Below are positions 10,595 to 20,140 of a stretch of 64,000 bases of DNA, piece by piece. Below the pieces are notes generated by a model that did not search any database, was not told the origin of the DNA, and saw only the letters and a list, made by a program, of their open reading frames with translations. The position numbers and the translations under genes are program-made. How positions within the stretch are numbered: position 1 is the first letter of the stretch; every line of letters starts with the position of its first letter. This DNA comes from Nitrospirota bacterium (GTDB lineage Bacteria > Nitrospirota > Nitrospiria > Nitrospirales > Nitrospiraceae), in NCBI GenBank assembly GCA_963701855.1, contig CAVPBK010000009.1:32001-96000 (forward strand). Direction: 5' to 3'.

Positions 10595-11782
10595 ATGACC
10601 ACAATAGCCTCACCGACATCGCCACTGACCGTTGAAACAATCCGATCCGTCATCGATGCCATGCCCATACAAGGGCGGATTATGCTTCGACTGATCCTAC
10701 TCCAGTACTTCGACATCACGGACGAAGAAATTTTATATATCGTGGCAGACCGACCGGATCCCCGTTGCGTTGCCGGAAGCAAACCCACCAACATCACCAT
10801 GACCAAGGAATCAATTAAGGTGGTCACAGACCGGCGTGACCAATACCGACGGCAGGTACGGCTCAAACGGGAACGGACGTGGCTGCAAGGCGAGAGTCTT
10901 CGGAGTCTCGCGCAGCTCCGTGAGGGTTTCGCCGACCGTGCCCGCACCCTCCTGGCCGACCGTTTCTTCGTCTCCGCCGAGACGCTCGATGCCCTGCATG
11001 CATCCGCGAGAACAGTATTGCCCAGACCGGCAATTCGCCTGCTGGAGCAGCGTTGGGACACCGATGAGATCACAGCTGAGGATTATCAGCAACAACGACT
11101 CAGTATCGAGTTCCAAACCCAACTCCGCATGGCAGAAAAATATCGTACACGGCGCATCCTGGCGGAACGCGAGCGACAGAGCGCGATATCAGCGCCCCTG
11201 CAAGATCACGAAATTGCACATGTATGGGGCATCCCCGCCGGCAGTCTCGCCGCTCGAAAAGTGAAGTACCTCACGCAGTATCTGCAAGCCCTCCAGTCCA
11301 GGTTACAAAGCGACGGGGCAGCCACGACGTCCCCAGTGGATTTATGGAAGGAAACCTTCGTGGTGCTCGCAACGCAGCCCATCGAACGTTCGCTCTCGAC
11401 CTATGATGGGTTGGAAAAAACAGAATCCGCGCTCATCGACAAACTGACCGCCATGGTCTGGGGCAGTCTGCCGGAGGAGATCGAAGTGAAGTTCTGGACC
11501 TCGCTCGTCTTCGGAGCCAGCTCCAATGCCATGCACTCAGAAATCACCAGAAACTTGTTTGGGCTGCAACGGCTCATTACCATCCTCAACGACATGGACC
11601 GCTCTCCCGAGGCAATTGATGACGACTTACTCAAGCGGACCGCAGCCACACCCAAGATTGCGGTGGAAGCGCTTGAAACCGCTGCTGAGCATCCAGTAAT
11701 GGAATTGAGCGAGATGCAGGCTCAGATACTCAATAATATGAGGGGAGAAGATGCGAGCGGAAGATCCTCCGATAAGTGGTAG
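10595..11782 (+). CDS. hypothetical helical protein with split sigma-region-4-like motifs
   Basis: long ORF; IDAMPIQGRIMLRL and LQDHEIAHVWGIPAGSLAARK. Confidence 0.75.
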   Translation: MTTIASPTSPLTVETIRSVIDAMPIQGRIMLRLILLQYFDITDEEILYIVADRPDPRCVAGSKPTNITMTKESIKVVTDRRDQYRRQVRLKRERTWLQGESLRSLAQLREGFADRARTLLADRFFVSAETLDALHASARTVLPRPAIRLLEQRWDTDEITAEDYQQQRLSIEFQTQLRMAEKYRTRRILAERERQSAISAPLQDHEIAHVWGIPAGSLAARKVKYLTQYLQALQSRLQSDGAATTSPVDLWKETFVVLATQPIERSLSTYDGLEKTESALIDKLTAMVWGSLPEEIEVKFWTSLVFGASSNAMHSEITRNLFGLQRLITILNDMDRSPEAIDDDLLKRTAATPKIAVEALETAAEHPVMELSEMQAQILNNMRGEDASGRSSDKW

Positions 11783-11807
11783 CCCGCATCCGGCTAATGC
11801 CCTTTCA

Positions 11808-11835
11808 TTGCACTTTTCCATGGGTAAAGTATAAT
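11808..11835 (+). promoter_or_regulatory. sigma70-type promoter
   Basis: TTGCAC-N16-TATAAT just upstream of the 11847 ORF. Confidence 0.55.
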
Positions 11836-11846
11836 GTCTTCATATC

Positions 11847-12284
11847 ATGGCCAGACAGTCACACTTCCATCCACAGCTTCAGCATAACCGAGTGGCACGC
11901 TTCCTGACTCTTCTACTCCCCCTTCTCGCCTTCAGCCTGGTACCGTTGCTTGCGCAGGCATCCGGTCTTCTGGAAATTACCGAACTCCTCACACACCCTG
12001 AGCAATACGATCGCCAAGAAGTGGTGGTAACCGGCCAGGTCACCAACGTCCAACTTGCGACGAATCGGCAAGGCCAGCCGGCCTATGGGTTTCTCTTGAA
12101 GGATCAGGCCGGCACGCTGAAAGTCATCAGCCTCGGTCAAATCGAAGTTCGAGAAGGCGACCAGGTAATTGTGGAAGGAGTCTTCTCGCGCCTTCGCCAG
12201 GTAGGACGCACGATCATCTACAACGAAATCAAAGCCCTCTCAATCAAACCGATAAATCGGCTCAACCCCGACCTAGTTGGTTGA
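11847..12284 (+). CDS. exported OB-fold protein
   Basis: signal peptide; ELLTHPEQYDRQEVVVTGQV ... EGDQVIVEGVF pattern. Confidence 0.7.
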   Translation: MARQSHFHPQLQHNRVARFLTLLLPLLAFSLVPLLAQASGLLEITELLTHPEQYDRQEVVVTGQVTNVQLATNRQGQPAYGFLLKDQAGTLKVISLGQIEVREGDQVIVEGVFSRLRQVGRTIIYNEIKALSIKPINRLNPDLVG

Positions 12285-12362
12285 TCTGGTTGCTCTGGTT
12301 TGTTTGGTTGATTTGGTTTATCTGGTTAGTCTCGTTCAACCAAATAAACAAGACAAACGAAA
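12283..12362. repeat. family A hairpin between convergent genes
   Basis: periodic arms around GTCTCGTTCAACC core. Confidence 0.7.
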
Positions 12363-12372
12363 CAACGGCTTC

Positions 12373-13245
12373 CTAGCCCTCGCGCGGATAGTTCAACGCC
12401 CATCCCAGCAACTTGTCCTGAACTCGATCCGGTAACCACTTCACCATCCAAGCACGCAACTTAGCATCCGTGCCTACGAGATAGCGGGTGCGAGGGTGAA
12501 CGGCCGTTAATGCATGGTATACAGCTCGAACCACCGCACCCGGTGGAATCGCTCGCTGAGCCGCCTGTGCAATCGCTTCACGAATTCGGATCACAGCCTC
12601 GCCATAGAGATCCTTGGCCTCTTCGCTGACAGACGATTCAATGTCCCTTGCCCCCTTGGCTGATTTCTCCCAAAGTGGCGTCGCGATCGCCCCCGGCTCA
12701 ATAATCGACACCTGAATCCCCCAGGGTCGCAGTTCCATTCTCAACGCATCTGTCAGGGCCTCCAAAGCAAATTTCGATGCAGAATAGGGCCCCAAGAGCG
12801 GAATAGTCCCTCGTCCGGCAATCGATCCCATGTTCACGATTCGACCTCGGCCTCGGCGCAGCAACGGGAGGAACGCCTGCGTGACAGCGATCTGCCCAAT
12901 CACGTTGACCTCAAGCTGTTTCCGCAGTTGGGATAACGGAATCACTTCGAGGGGACTCCCGATAACGATCCCGGCATTATTGACAAGCCCCCCAAGACCA
13001 CCCTCGCCTACAACCCGTTGCACCATTTCGGTGGATCTCATAATCGACCGCTCATCGGTGACATCGAGCATGATGGGAATAAGCGATGGACCACCCCTTG
13101 CGGCAAGCGCCTCACCTGCCTGAGGGTTACGAACACCGGCAAACACTGTCATCCCACGAACGGCGAAATCGAGTGCGCAAGCCTCACCAATGCCGGTCGA
13201 AGCACCGGTCACCACAACAGCCATGGACGACGGACGATCAGACAT
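12373..13245 (-). CDS. short-chain dehydrogenase/reductase
   Basis: TGASTGIG, NNAG, YSASK. Confidence 0.95.
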   Translation of the reverse strand: MSDRPSSMAVVVTGASTGIGEACALDFAVRGMTVFAGVRNPQAGEALAARGGPSLIPIMLDVTDERSIMRSTEMVQRVVGEGGLGGLVNNAGIVIGSPLEVIPLSQLRKQLEVNVIGQIAVTQAFLPLLRRGRGRIVNMGSIAGRGTIPLLGPYSASKFALEALTDALRMELRPWGIQVSIIEPGAIATPLWEKSAKGARDIESSVSEEAKDLYGEAVIRIREAIAQAAQRAIPPGAVVRAVYHALTAVHPRTRYLVGTDAKLRAWMVKWLPDRVQDKLLGWALNYPREG

Positions 13246-13281
13246 AGCAGGCTGCGAAAAAATTCTGTGGGCAACAGTCTC

Positions 13282-13481
13282 GCAGGATGCTCAAAAAGTC
13301 CAGACTTCTCACCCACCCAACCCTGGCGCGCCGAGACGCGCCTTGTCCCAAGCAAAGCCGCAGCGAGCAAATAGGTTGAGGTCGAGGTTAAGGTTGAGCG
13401 AAGATCAGACTCTTTTTTTTCTCAGACTCAACCTGAGCCGTAACCTTCCAATAACGCTGGCGGACTTTTTCAGCACCCTGC
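13282..13481. mobile_element. MITE-like element (family D) enclosing a 6-nt-period hairpin
   Basis: 20-bp inverted ends GCAGGATGCTCAAAAAGTCC / GGACTTTTTCAGCACCCTGC (2 mismatches); interior AGGTTGAGGTCGAGGTTAAGG...CTCAACCTGAGCC. Confidence 0.65.
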
Positions 13482-13523
13482 TAGGCGAGAGTACCACGAC
13501 TGCCTGTAAGAGAGCAGCCTCCT

Positions 13524-13756
13524 AGGTCAGCATTATTCATGACGGTTCGTCACGAGGTGGCAAAGTGGTGCGCGGGAAACGTGAAGACTGGCTGGTCTCT
13601 CTTGTTTTTCTAGTTTCTCTCGTTCGCTTGGTCGAACCAGATAGACCAGATGAACCAGAGAGACCCTCTCATCGCGCTTTTCCCGCTAGTCTCGTCCGTC
13701 TCGTTTGAATCAGGCATCGGCAATTGCAGCTGAAACGTTCATGAATAATGTGGGTT
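13524..13756. mobile_element. MITE-like element (family C) enclosing a family A hairpin
   Basis: ends GCATTATTCATGACGGTTCGTC and ATCGGCAATTGCAGCTGAAACGTTCATGAATAATG shared with 6808-7041. Confidence 0.6.
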
Positions 13757-13784
13757 AAATATATAAGAATTAACTCGGCAGAGC

Positions 13785-13813
13785 TTGACAGATCACGGTT
13801 CTTTCATTATGGT
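13785..13813 (+). promoter_or_regulatory. sigma70-type promoter of the ppx operon
   Basis: TTGACA-N17-TATGGT. Confidence 0.55.
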
Positions 13814-13964
13814 TTTCCGCTGTTGTACCATCATCCGACCACGACATGCCCCACAGTTCAGTGTGGTCTATTCTCACGCGGCACGAGAGAAAATAATCCG
13901 GCAATAAATCGCATACATCAGTTGAAGTATAAATTATAAGTAACTGAAATATAATAATTAATTT

Positions 13965-15515
13965 ATGGCAAAGATTGCCGTCATCGACATCGGAACAAAC
14001 TCAATCCATATGGTGCTGGCTGAAATCCAGCCGGACGCAGGCTACAAGATTCTCGATCGCTTCAAAGACATGACGAGGCTCGGGAACGGCGCCTTTACGA
14101 CGCACCGCCTCTCCGATGAGGCAATCGCACGTGGACTCGACGTCATTCGCAACCTCGTCACCCTGGCTAGGAACAAGGGCTACGATCGCATCATCGCTGT
14201 CGCCACCAGCGCTGTGCGCGAGGCAAAAAATGGAGGGGATTTTGTTGATCTCGTGGCCAAACACGCAGGGCTGGCCGTCCGCGTCATCAGCGGCACCGAA
14301 GAAGCCAGGCTGATTTTCCTGGGCGTCAAAAACAACGTGCCCATGACAGAACAGCCGGTGCTCTCAGTGGATGTCGGCGGTGGGTCGGTTGAACTGATGG
14401 TCGGGAACCGCGACCAGCTCATCCACTCAAAGAGCCTGAAGCTGGGCGCCATCAGACTGGCGGATGAATTCCTCAAACGCACGCCACCTTCTAAAAGAAT
14501 GCTCCGCTTACTCGAAGACACGGTGACGACCCAGTTACAGGGCGCCCTCGATTCATTCAAGACCAAACGATTCGATTCCCTGATCGCCACCTCCGGCATG
14601 GCGGCGAACTTGGCAGAAGTCATTCATCTGCGCCGAACGAATCGCCCGCTCCCGCAAATCAATCTCGCCACGGTTTCACTGAAGGACGTCAAAGAAATCG
14701 AGCAGGATCTCCGTCAATCTACCATTAGAGCCAGGCTGGCGATCCCCGGACTAGATCCCAAACGCGTCGATACCCTGTTTCCTGCCACGTTGGTCCTTCG
14801 GCGTCTAATGGAGATCTCGGAGCGAGATGAACTGACCCTTTGCGATAAGGCCATTCGGGAAGGCATGATCTACGACTTTGTCCATCGCCACCGTGAACGG
14901 CTTAAAACGGAAGCGGAAATTCCCGATTTGCGCCGGCGCAACGTCATGGCGCTGGCCCGTCGCTGTCACGCCCCGGAAACCCATAGCCTTCATGTCGCCA
15001 GCCTGGCCCTGCGCCTCTTCGACCAGACGGCACGCCTCCATCGTCTGGGACCCACCGAGCGGAACTGGCTTGAATACGCCGCGATTCTGCACGATGTCGG
15101 CTACCTCATCAACGAACAACAGCATCACAAGCATGCCTACTATCTCATCACGAATAGCGGCCTGGGTGGATTATCCGGCGAGGAGATTCAAGTCGTCGCG
15201 AATGTGGCCCGCTACCACCGGCGCGCAATCCCGCAACGGAAACACGAGGAATTCGACACCCTCTCACCCAAATACAAACGAATCGTGCGGATCCTGTCCG
15301 CGCTGCTTCGGATCGCCGATGGCCTGGATCGAACGCATTTTTCGGTCGTCCGCACCCTTGATGTGCGGCTCGGCGCCACGGTCACCATCATCGTTCGTGT
15401 CACAGGCGATGCGGAGTTGGAAACCTGGGCCGCCACAGGCCGGGCAGATCTCTTTGAACGCGTGTTCCGCCGCCGCGTGAAGTTTTCCGTCATCTTGCAG
15501 GACGATGCCGCATGA
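13965..15515 (+). CDS. ppx: Ppx/GppA exopolyphosphatase with C-terminal HD domain
   Basis: IDIGTNSIH, ATSAVREA, ISGTEEARL, DVGGGSVE, LHDVGY. Confidence 0.95.
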   Translation: MAKIAVIDIGTNSIHMVLAEIQPDAGYKILDRFKDMTRLGNGAFTTHRLSDEAIARGLDVIRNLVTLARNKGYDRIIAVATSAVREAKNGGDFVDLVAKHAGLAVRVISGTEEARLIFLGVKNNVPMTEQPVLSVDVGGGSVELMVGNRDQLIHSKSLKLGAIRLADEFLKRTPPSKRMLRLLEDTVTTQLQGALDSFKTKRFDSLIATSGMAANLAEVIHLRRTNRPLPQINLATVSLKDVKEIEQDLRQSTIRARLAIPGLDPKRVDTLFPATLVLRRLMEISERDELTLCDKAIREGMIYDFVHRHRERLKTEAEIPDLRRRNVMALARRCHAPETHSLHVASLALRLFDQTARLHRLGPTERNWLEYAAILHDVGYLINEQQHHKHAYYLITNSGLGGLSGEEIQVVANVARYHRRAIPQRKHEEFDTLSPKYKRIVRILSALLRIADGLDRTHFSVVRTLDVRLGATVTIIVRVTGDAELETWAATGRADLFERVFRRRVKFSVILQDDAA

Positions 15516-16261
15516 GCAACCAGCCCCCTCCATCCATCACTCCCCACCCCTATCCAGGGAAACTCATCATCGTCGAGGGCATCGACGGGTCCGGCAAGAG
15601 CACGCAATTGCTGTTGCTGCACAAGTGGCTGGAGTCGAAGGGTCATCGAGTCTTTTTCACGGAGTGGAACTCCTCGGAACTGGTCAAAGACACAACCAAA
15701 CGGGGAAAGAAAAACAAAAGCCTGACCCCGACGACGTTCAGCTTGTTGCATGCGACCGACTTTGCCAGCCGGTTCTATCATGACATTTTACCTCCGCTCA
15801 AAGCCGGCATGATCGTCTTGGCCGACCGCTACATGTACACGGCCTTCGCGCGTGACGTCGTCCGCGGCGTTTCGCCTGAATGGATTCGCAAGCTCTATAG
15901 CTTCGCCATTACACCCGACATGGCCTTCTACTTCAAGATACCGATCGAGTCAGCCATCTCGCGGCTCCTCGGAGGCACGCGTGGACAATTCAAGTACTAC
16001 GAAGCCGGCATGGACATGAACCTGAACCCGGACGTTACCGAAAGCTTCCGCCTCTTCCAATCGAGCATCCTGGCTCAATACGAGAAGATCGTCGATGAGT
16101 TTCAGCTCATCACGATGGATGCGACGAAAGACATCGAAGCCCAGCAGAACAACATGCGCCGGCTCGTGGGAGAGGCGCTCAAGGACTACAAACCAAGACG
16201 GGGCACCCATGGTCGACGCACGGTATTTTGGCGACGGTTTGATCTACCTAAATCCGAGTGA
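15512..16261 (+). CDS. thymidylate-kinase-like P-loop kinase, copy 1
   Basis: EGIDGSGKST, LADRY, YYEAGMD; ATGA-coupled to ppx. Confidence 0.85.
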   Translation: MSNQPPPSITPHPYPGKLIIVEGIDGSGKSTQLLLLHKWLESKGHRVFFTEWNSSELVKDTTKRGKKNKSLTPTTFSLLHATDFASRFYHDILPPLKAGMIVLADRYMYTAFARDVVRGVSPEWIRKLYSFAITPDMAFYFKIPIESAISRLLGGTRGQFKYYEAGMDMNLNPDVTESFRLFQSSILAQYEKIVDEFQLITMDATKDIEAQQNNMRRLVGEALKDYKPRRGTHGRRTVFWRRFDLPKSE

Positions 16262-16943
16262 CCTCAAAGGGAAGCTCATCGCCATCGAAGGCACCGACGG
16301 TGTCGGCCGCTCCACGCACATCGAGATGTTGCAGGAATGGCTGGAGGTGCAGGGCTATGGCGTGATCACGACCGGCTGGACCCGTTCCAATCTCATGTCA
16401 AAAACGATCGAAATGGCCAAAGAAGGCAACATTCTCGACCGATGGTCATTCAGCCTGCTGTACGCCACCGACTTTGCCGATCGCTTAGAGCACGAGATTA
16501 TCCCCGCGCTTCGTTCAGGCTTCATCGTCCTGGCCGACCGGTACATCTATACGGCCCTCGCACGCGATTTTGTGCGCAGCGGGAACCGCCAGTGGGCGAG
16601 AGACGTCTTCGGCTTCGCCTTAGTGCCGGATCTCGTCTGCTACATGCGTATCGACGTCGAAACACTCGTGCTGCGCGTCATCGAAACCAAAGGAATGAAC
16701 TTCTGGGAATCAGGAATGGATCTTCGTCTCGGCAGCGATCTCTACGACAGCTTTAAAAAATATCAATCGCTCCTGATCGAGGAATTCGACAAAATGGCAG
16801 AAGAATTTCATTTCGAAGTGATCGATGCCAGACAGTCGCCGGATGAGATCCAGGACGCACTGCGCAGCAAGATTCAGCCGCTACTCGCCACCAACTTGCG
16901 CAGCCCGGCGCTACCGTCCGACCACCTGATCCAGCCGACATAA
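16209..16943 (+). CDS. thymidylate-kinase-like P-loop kinase, copy 2
   Basis: EGTDGVGRST, LADRY, FWESGMD; start set at MVDARY. Confidence 0.85.
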   Translation: MVDARYFGDGLIYLNPSDLKGKLIAIEGTDGVGRSTHIEMLQEWLEVQGYGVITTGWTRSNLMSKTIEMAKEGNILDRWSFSLLYATDFADRLEHEIIPALRSGFIVLADRYIYTALARDFVRSGNRQWARDVFGFALVPDLVCYMRIDVETLVLRVIETKGMNFWESGMDLRLGSDLYDSFKKYQSLLIEEFDKMAEEFHFEVIDARQSPDEIQDALRSKIQPLLATNLRSPALPSDHLIQPT

Positions 16944-16950
16944 GAAGATT

Positions 16951-17036
16951 GTTATTTGGTTTGTTTGGTTGTCTCGTTTGTCTGGCTTTTGGTTGAACGA
17001 AACTACCAAATCAACTGATAAACAAAACAAACCAGA
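16951..17036. repeat. family A hairpin between convergent genes
   Basis: periodic arms around GGTTGAACGAAAC core. Confidence 0.75.
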
Positions 17037-17552
17037 TCAACCTTCCACACCCAGTTTCCCGATCGCCCTTAGCTGACTCGGCGTCAACCACCAACGCAGA
17101 ACACCTTGACCTGGCTTCGGCGGAATCGACAGTTCAATCAGGCAAGCCCCGGCTTTCTTCAGGGGGAATGATGCAGAGGCTCGTCCGGATAGGAAGACAC
17201 TGGCTGCCATGCCCAGCTGCGGCTCGTGACCGATACAGAGCACACAGGACTCCGGCGGAAGATCGTGCAGAATCGACAAGAGCCGATTGGGCGGCGCATC
17301 CGGCAAGAGTGCATCGACGATCTGCACCTCAGCGCGAACTCGCAGCGAGCGGTGCACAATCGTCGCCGTCTCGATCGCCCGAATCAAGGGACTCGACAAG
17401 ACATGAGTCGGCTGCACATCGAGCCGGCGGAACCCAGCCGCCATCTGCGCCACGCGCTTCGCCCCGCGCTCAGTCAAAGGACGATCCGCTTCGGACCCTT
17501 CCCATTCTTCTCGCTCCACCGCAATACCATGCCGTACCAACACACAATCCAT
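17037..17552 (-). CDS. sixA: phosphohistidine phosphatase SixA
   Basis: RHG, DRPLT, SSPLIRAIETA, GHEP. Confidence 0.92.
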   Translation of the reverse strand: MDCVLVRHGIAVEREEWEGSEADRPLTERGAKRVAQMAAGFRRLDVQPTHVLSSPLIRAIETATIVHRSLRVRAEVQIVDALLPDAPPNRLLSILHDLPPESCVLCIGHEPQLGMAASVFLSGRASASFPLKKAGACLIELSIPPKPGQGVLRWWLTPSQLRAIGKLGVEG

Positions 17553-17807
17553 CTTCCCTCGTTTCTGAATCAAGATTATTCGTAACTACTCAGGTCGATA
17601 GGCTGAAGGATTTTGGGGGTTGGACTTCTTGCGCAACAAGGACTCATCTCTGCTTGAACCCAAAGTCGTATGAACTGAGAAGGTATTGAATGACGTGATT
17701 CGTGTTTTGCGAAAGCATTTTTTATAGTCTTCACACTTCAGCCTTCAGCCTGAACACCTGAGTCGTTACGATTATTCATGAATCCGCTCCCCGCCGCAAG
17801 CGCATCT

Positions 17808-17845
17808 GAATCAAATCGGATTCTCCTATTAATCAAAACAGATTC
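17808..17845. promoter_or_regulatory. tandem palindromic activator sites
   Basis: GAATC-AAATCG-GATTC and TAATC-AAAACA-GATTC, 22 bp start to start, ~115 bp upstream of a sigma54 promoter. Confidence 0.7.
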
Positions 17846-17960
17846 AGATCAGATATGCCAGTCATCTCCTGCGCCTGAGCATATCCATTCGTCATCATGA
17901 AAACCCGGTAATTTTCAACGCAATGACGAGAAATTTCTCAAACCCGTCTATGTAGGCTAC

Positions 17961-17976
17961 TGGCACAACGATTGCT
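17961..17976 (+). promoter_or_regulatory. sigma54 (-24/-12) promoter
   Basis: TGGCAC-AACGA-TTGCT. Confidence 0.8.
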
Positions 17977-17986
17977 GTATGTCTCG

Positions 17987-18235
17987 TCAGAAGGGCACCA
18001 GGCGAAAACCGGCACAGAACATTCGAAAGAGTCATCAGAGCCATTTGAACCTATGAGGCGAGATGAGCAGTCAACCATCAGTCATTATTGGGCTCTTCGT
18101 GAGAACTCAATGGCGACATAAATCCTGGGCATACCAACCAGACCATCCTCCTCTGGTTGGGAGCCTTCTGGTTGACTGAGCGTCAACGCCATGGGAGCCC
18201 CGGCTCTGTCCTACCCAGAGCTGCGGCTCCCTCCT
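17987..18235 (+). ncRNA. candidate structured sRNA or long leader
   Basis: follows the sigma54 promoter; perfect 10-bp and 9-bp stems and a closing GC-rich hairpin. Confidence 0.4.
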
Positions 18236-18261
18236 TCCTAGCTGAGCGAGACGGCTAAAGA

Positions 18262-18386
18262 AGTGCTGAGTGCTGAGTAGTGGGTGAGGCGGACGGAAAG
18301 GGCGAGATGGGCAAAGACGTTCTAAATTCTGAGTTAATAGGTTCTGCGTTGCCCGGAATTAACTCACAACTCAGCACTCAGCACTT
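18262..18386. repeat. family B inverted repeat
   Basis: AGTGCTGAGTGCTGAGT ... ACTCAGCACTCAGCACT. Confidence 0.8.
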
Positions 18387-18431
18387 CTTTCGGACTGTAA
18401 TCGTCTCTTCTGCCAAATGCGGAGGTGGTGA

Positions 18432-19652
18432 ATGAAAAAGCACCTCGTATTCGTCGCGATGCTGATGCTGGGTCTCGGTACTGATCTGACGATGGCCGCA
18501 GTACCCGGTGATGCGCGTACCAAGAAATTTGCCATAGGCTACGAGTTCCTGAAACAAAACAAGTACCAGGAGGCGCGCGCAGCCTATGAAACCGGCCTGC
18601 AAGAATACCCGGCGAATGCCCTGGCGCACTTCTATCTCGGCGATGCCTGCCGAGGCCTGAAAGCCTGGGCCAGTGCGGAAGAACATTACGCGACATCGTT
18701 GGAGCTGGATACGAAATCTTCGGTGGCCGGGTTAGCCAGACAACGGATGCTAAAAGCCAAAATCTGGCGCTTGCTGAGCGAAGGAAAGCTGGCCATCAAC
18801 GAACCGAACACCCCACCCAAGAAGATCGCCGAGGCCAAGGACACCCTGGACATTGCGAACAAGCTGGGGCTTGATGACGAGCAACAGATCTTCTACCAAC
18901 AGGTGCTAGTGAAACTTCAGCAGCGACACACACAGAGTCATGAGAAGCCGGCGTCGGCCCCGCAGAAAAATTGGTCGATGGCACTGGTGCCAGCGGGGGA
19001 GTTCACGATGGGGAGTGCGACAGGAGATGCCGACGAACAACCGGTGCACAAAGTCTATGTGGATGCCTTTTTCATGGATATGCACCTACTGTCGGTGGCG
19101 CAATATGCGAGGTTCTTGGAAAACACGCACCATGACGTACCACCGGAGTGGAGTCTCATGAACAGACCCCAGAACCAGAATCGCCCAGTCGCCAATGTGA
19201 ATTGGGTTGATGCGGAGGCCTACTGCAAATGGGCCGGCAAGCGTCTGCCGACCGAGGCGGAATGGGAGAAAGCGGCCCGGGGGACAGATGGCCGGACCTA
19301 TCCCTGGGGAAATGAGCCTCCGACAGGGCTACACGCGAACTCAGGGAAAGAAGTCTGGAATAACCATGCAGTAGTGACACCGGTGGGATTCTTCGAAGAG
19401 GGCAAGAGTCCCTATGGTATCTATGACATGGCCGGGAATGTCTGGGAATGGGTCGGCGATTGGTATGACAAGGATTATTACAAGGCCAGTCCCTCACAGA
19501 ACCCGACAGGACCGCCAATGGGCTTGTACAAAGTGATTCGTGGCGGCTCCTGGGGCAGCAGTCGGAATAGCCTGCGCTCCTCGAACCGAGAAACCCATTT
19601 AACATCATTCCAGGGCTTCGGCACCGGGTTCCGCTGTGCGAAGACGCCGTAA
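18432..19652 (+). CDS. exported TPR + FGE-sulfatase (SUMF1-like) domain protein
   Basis: signal peptide, TPR-like helices, RLPTEAEWEKAARG, YDMAGNVWEW, RGGSW, GFRC; GGAGG RBS. Confidence 0.92.
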   Translation: MKKHLVFVAMLMLGLGTDLTMAAVPGDARTKKFAIGYEFLKQNKYQEARAAYETGLQEYPANALAHFYLGDACRGLKAWASAEEHYATSLELDTKSSVAGLARQRMLKAKIWRLLSEGKLAINEPNTPPKKIAEAKDTLDIANKLGLDDEQQIFYQQVLVKLQQRHTQSHEKPASAPQKNWSMALVPAGEFTMGSATGDADEQPVHKVYVDAFFMDMHLLSVAQYARFLENTHHDVPPEWSLMNRPQNQNRPVANVNWVDAEAYCKWAGKRLPTEAEWEKAARGTDGRTYPWGNEPPTGLHANSGKEVWNNHAVVTPVGFFEEGKSPYGIYDMAGNVWEWVGDWYDKDYYKASPSQNPTGPPMGLYKVIRGGSWGSSRNSLRSSNRETHLTSFQGFGTGFRCAKTP

Positions 19653-19793
19653 TCTGGTTTCGTCTGTCTGGTCTATCTGGTTGGTTTAGTTGCTTGACCC
19701 AGAGAAACCAAACAAACGAGACAGACGAGACCGACCAGATAGACCAGACAGACCGAATAGACGAGACAGACCAGATGAACCAGAAAGACCAGC
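19652..19793. repeat. family A hairpin with expanded right arm
   Basis: about ten GACCAGATA-like 9-mers. Confidence 0.8.
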
Positions 19794-19831
19794 CACCAGC
19801 ATGGCAACCAGTCCGGCCCCCCCAAACGTAC

Positions 19832-20140
19832 CTATTGCTAAAAATGCCGTACAGGTTTAATACGAGCTACCAGTTGCTTGCACGTCGCAGTGAATGTGTG
19901 CTGTGTGACTGGTTTCTCTCCCTGAATCTTCAAAGGAGCCGGCCATGAATGGCACCTCAGGCTTCCGAGAAGTGCGGTCTTCTACCTCCCGATCACCAAC
20001 AAATCGGTTGCTGCACGAGCAACGGCATCAATTCGGAACAGGTTCCTGGCACCTTCTCCGTACTCACGATCTCATTGCTCTCTCCACAGACATCAGCACA
20101 AAGAGAGAAACGGTTCCTGACACCGTTTTCATTCCCAAGC
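19832..20140 (+). repeat. ~285-nt structured element, copy 1
   Basis: aligns by eye over its full length with 20141-20420 and 27811-28105. Confidence 0.9.

Noticed and set aside
18000..18045. c-di-GMP-I riboswitch suggested by CATTCGAAAGAGT
   Set aside because: The flanking GCAAAC and GACGCAAAGC elements and the second stem are absent.
18432..19652. Active formylglycine-generating enzyme, or a DGR target
   Set aside because: The catalytic Cys pair is missing after RGGSW; no reverse transcriptase or template repeat was seen in the window.
19700..19793. Possible CRISPR array
   Set aside because: Units are contiguous degenerate 9-mers with no unique spacers, and no cas genes are present.
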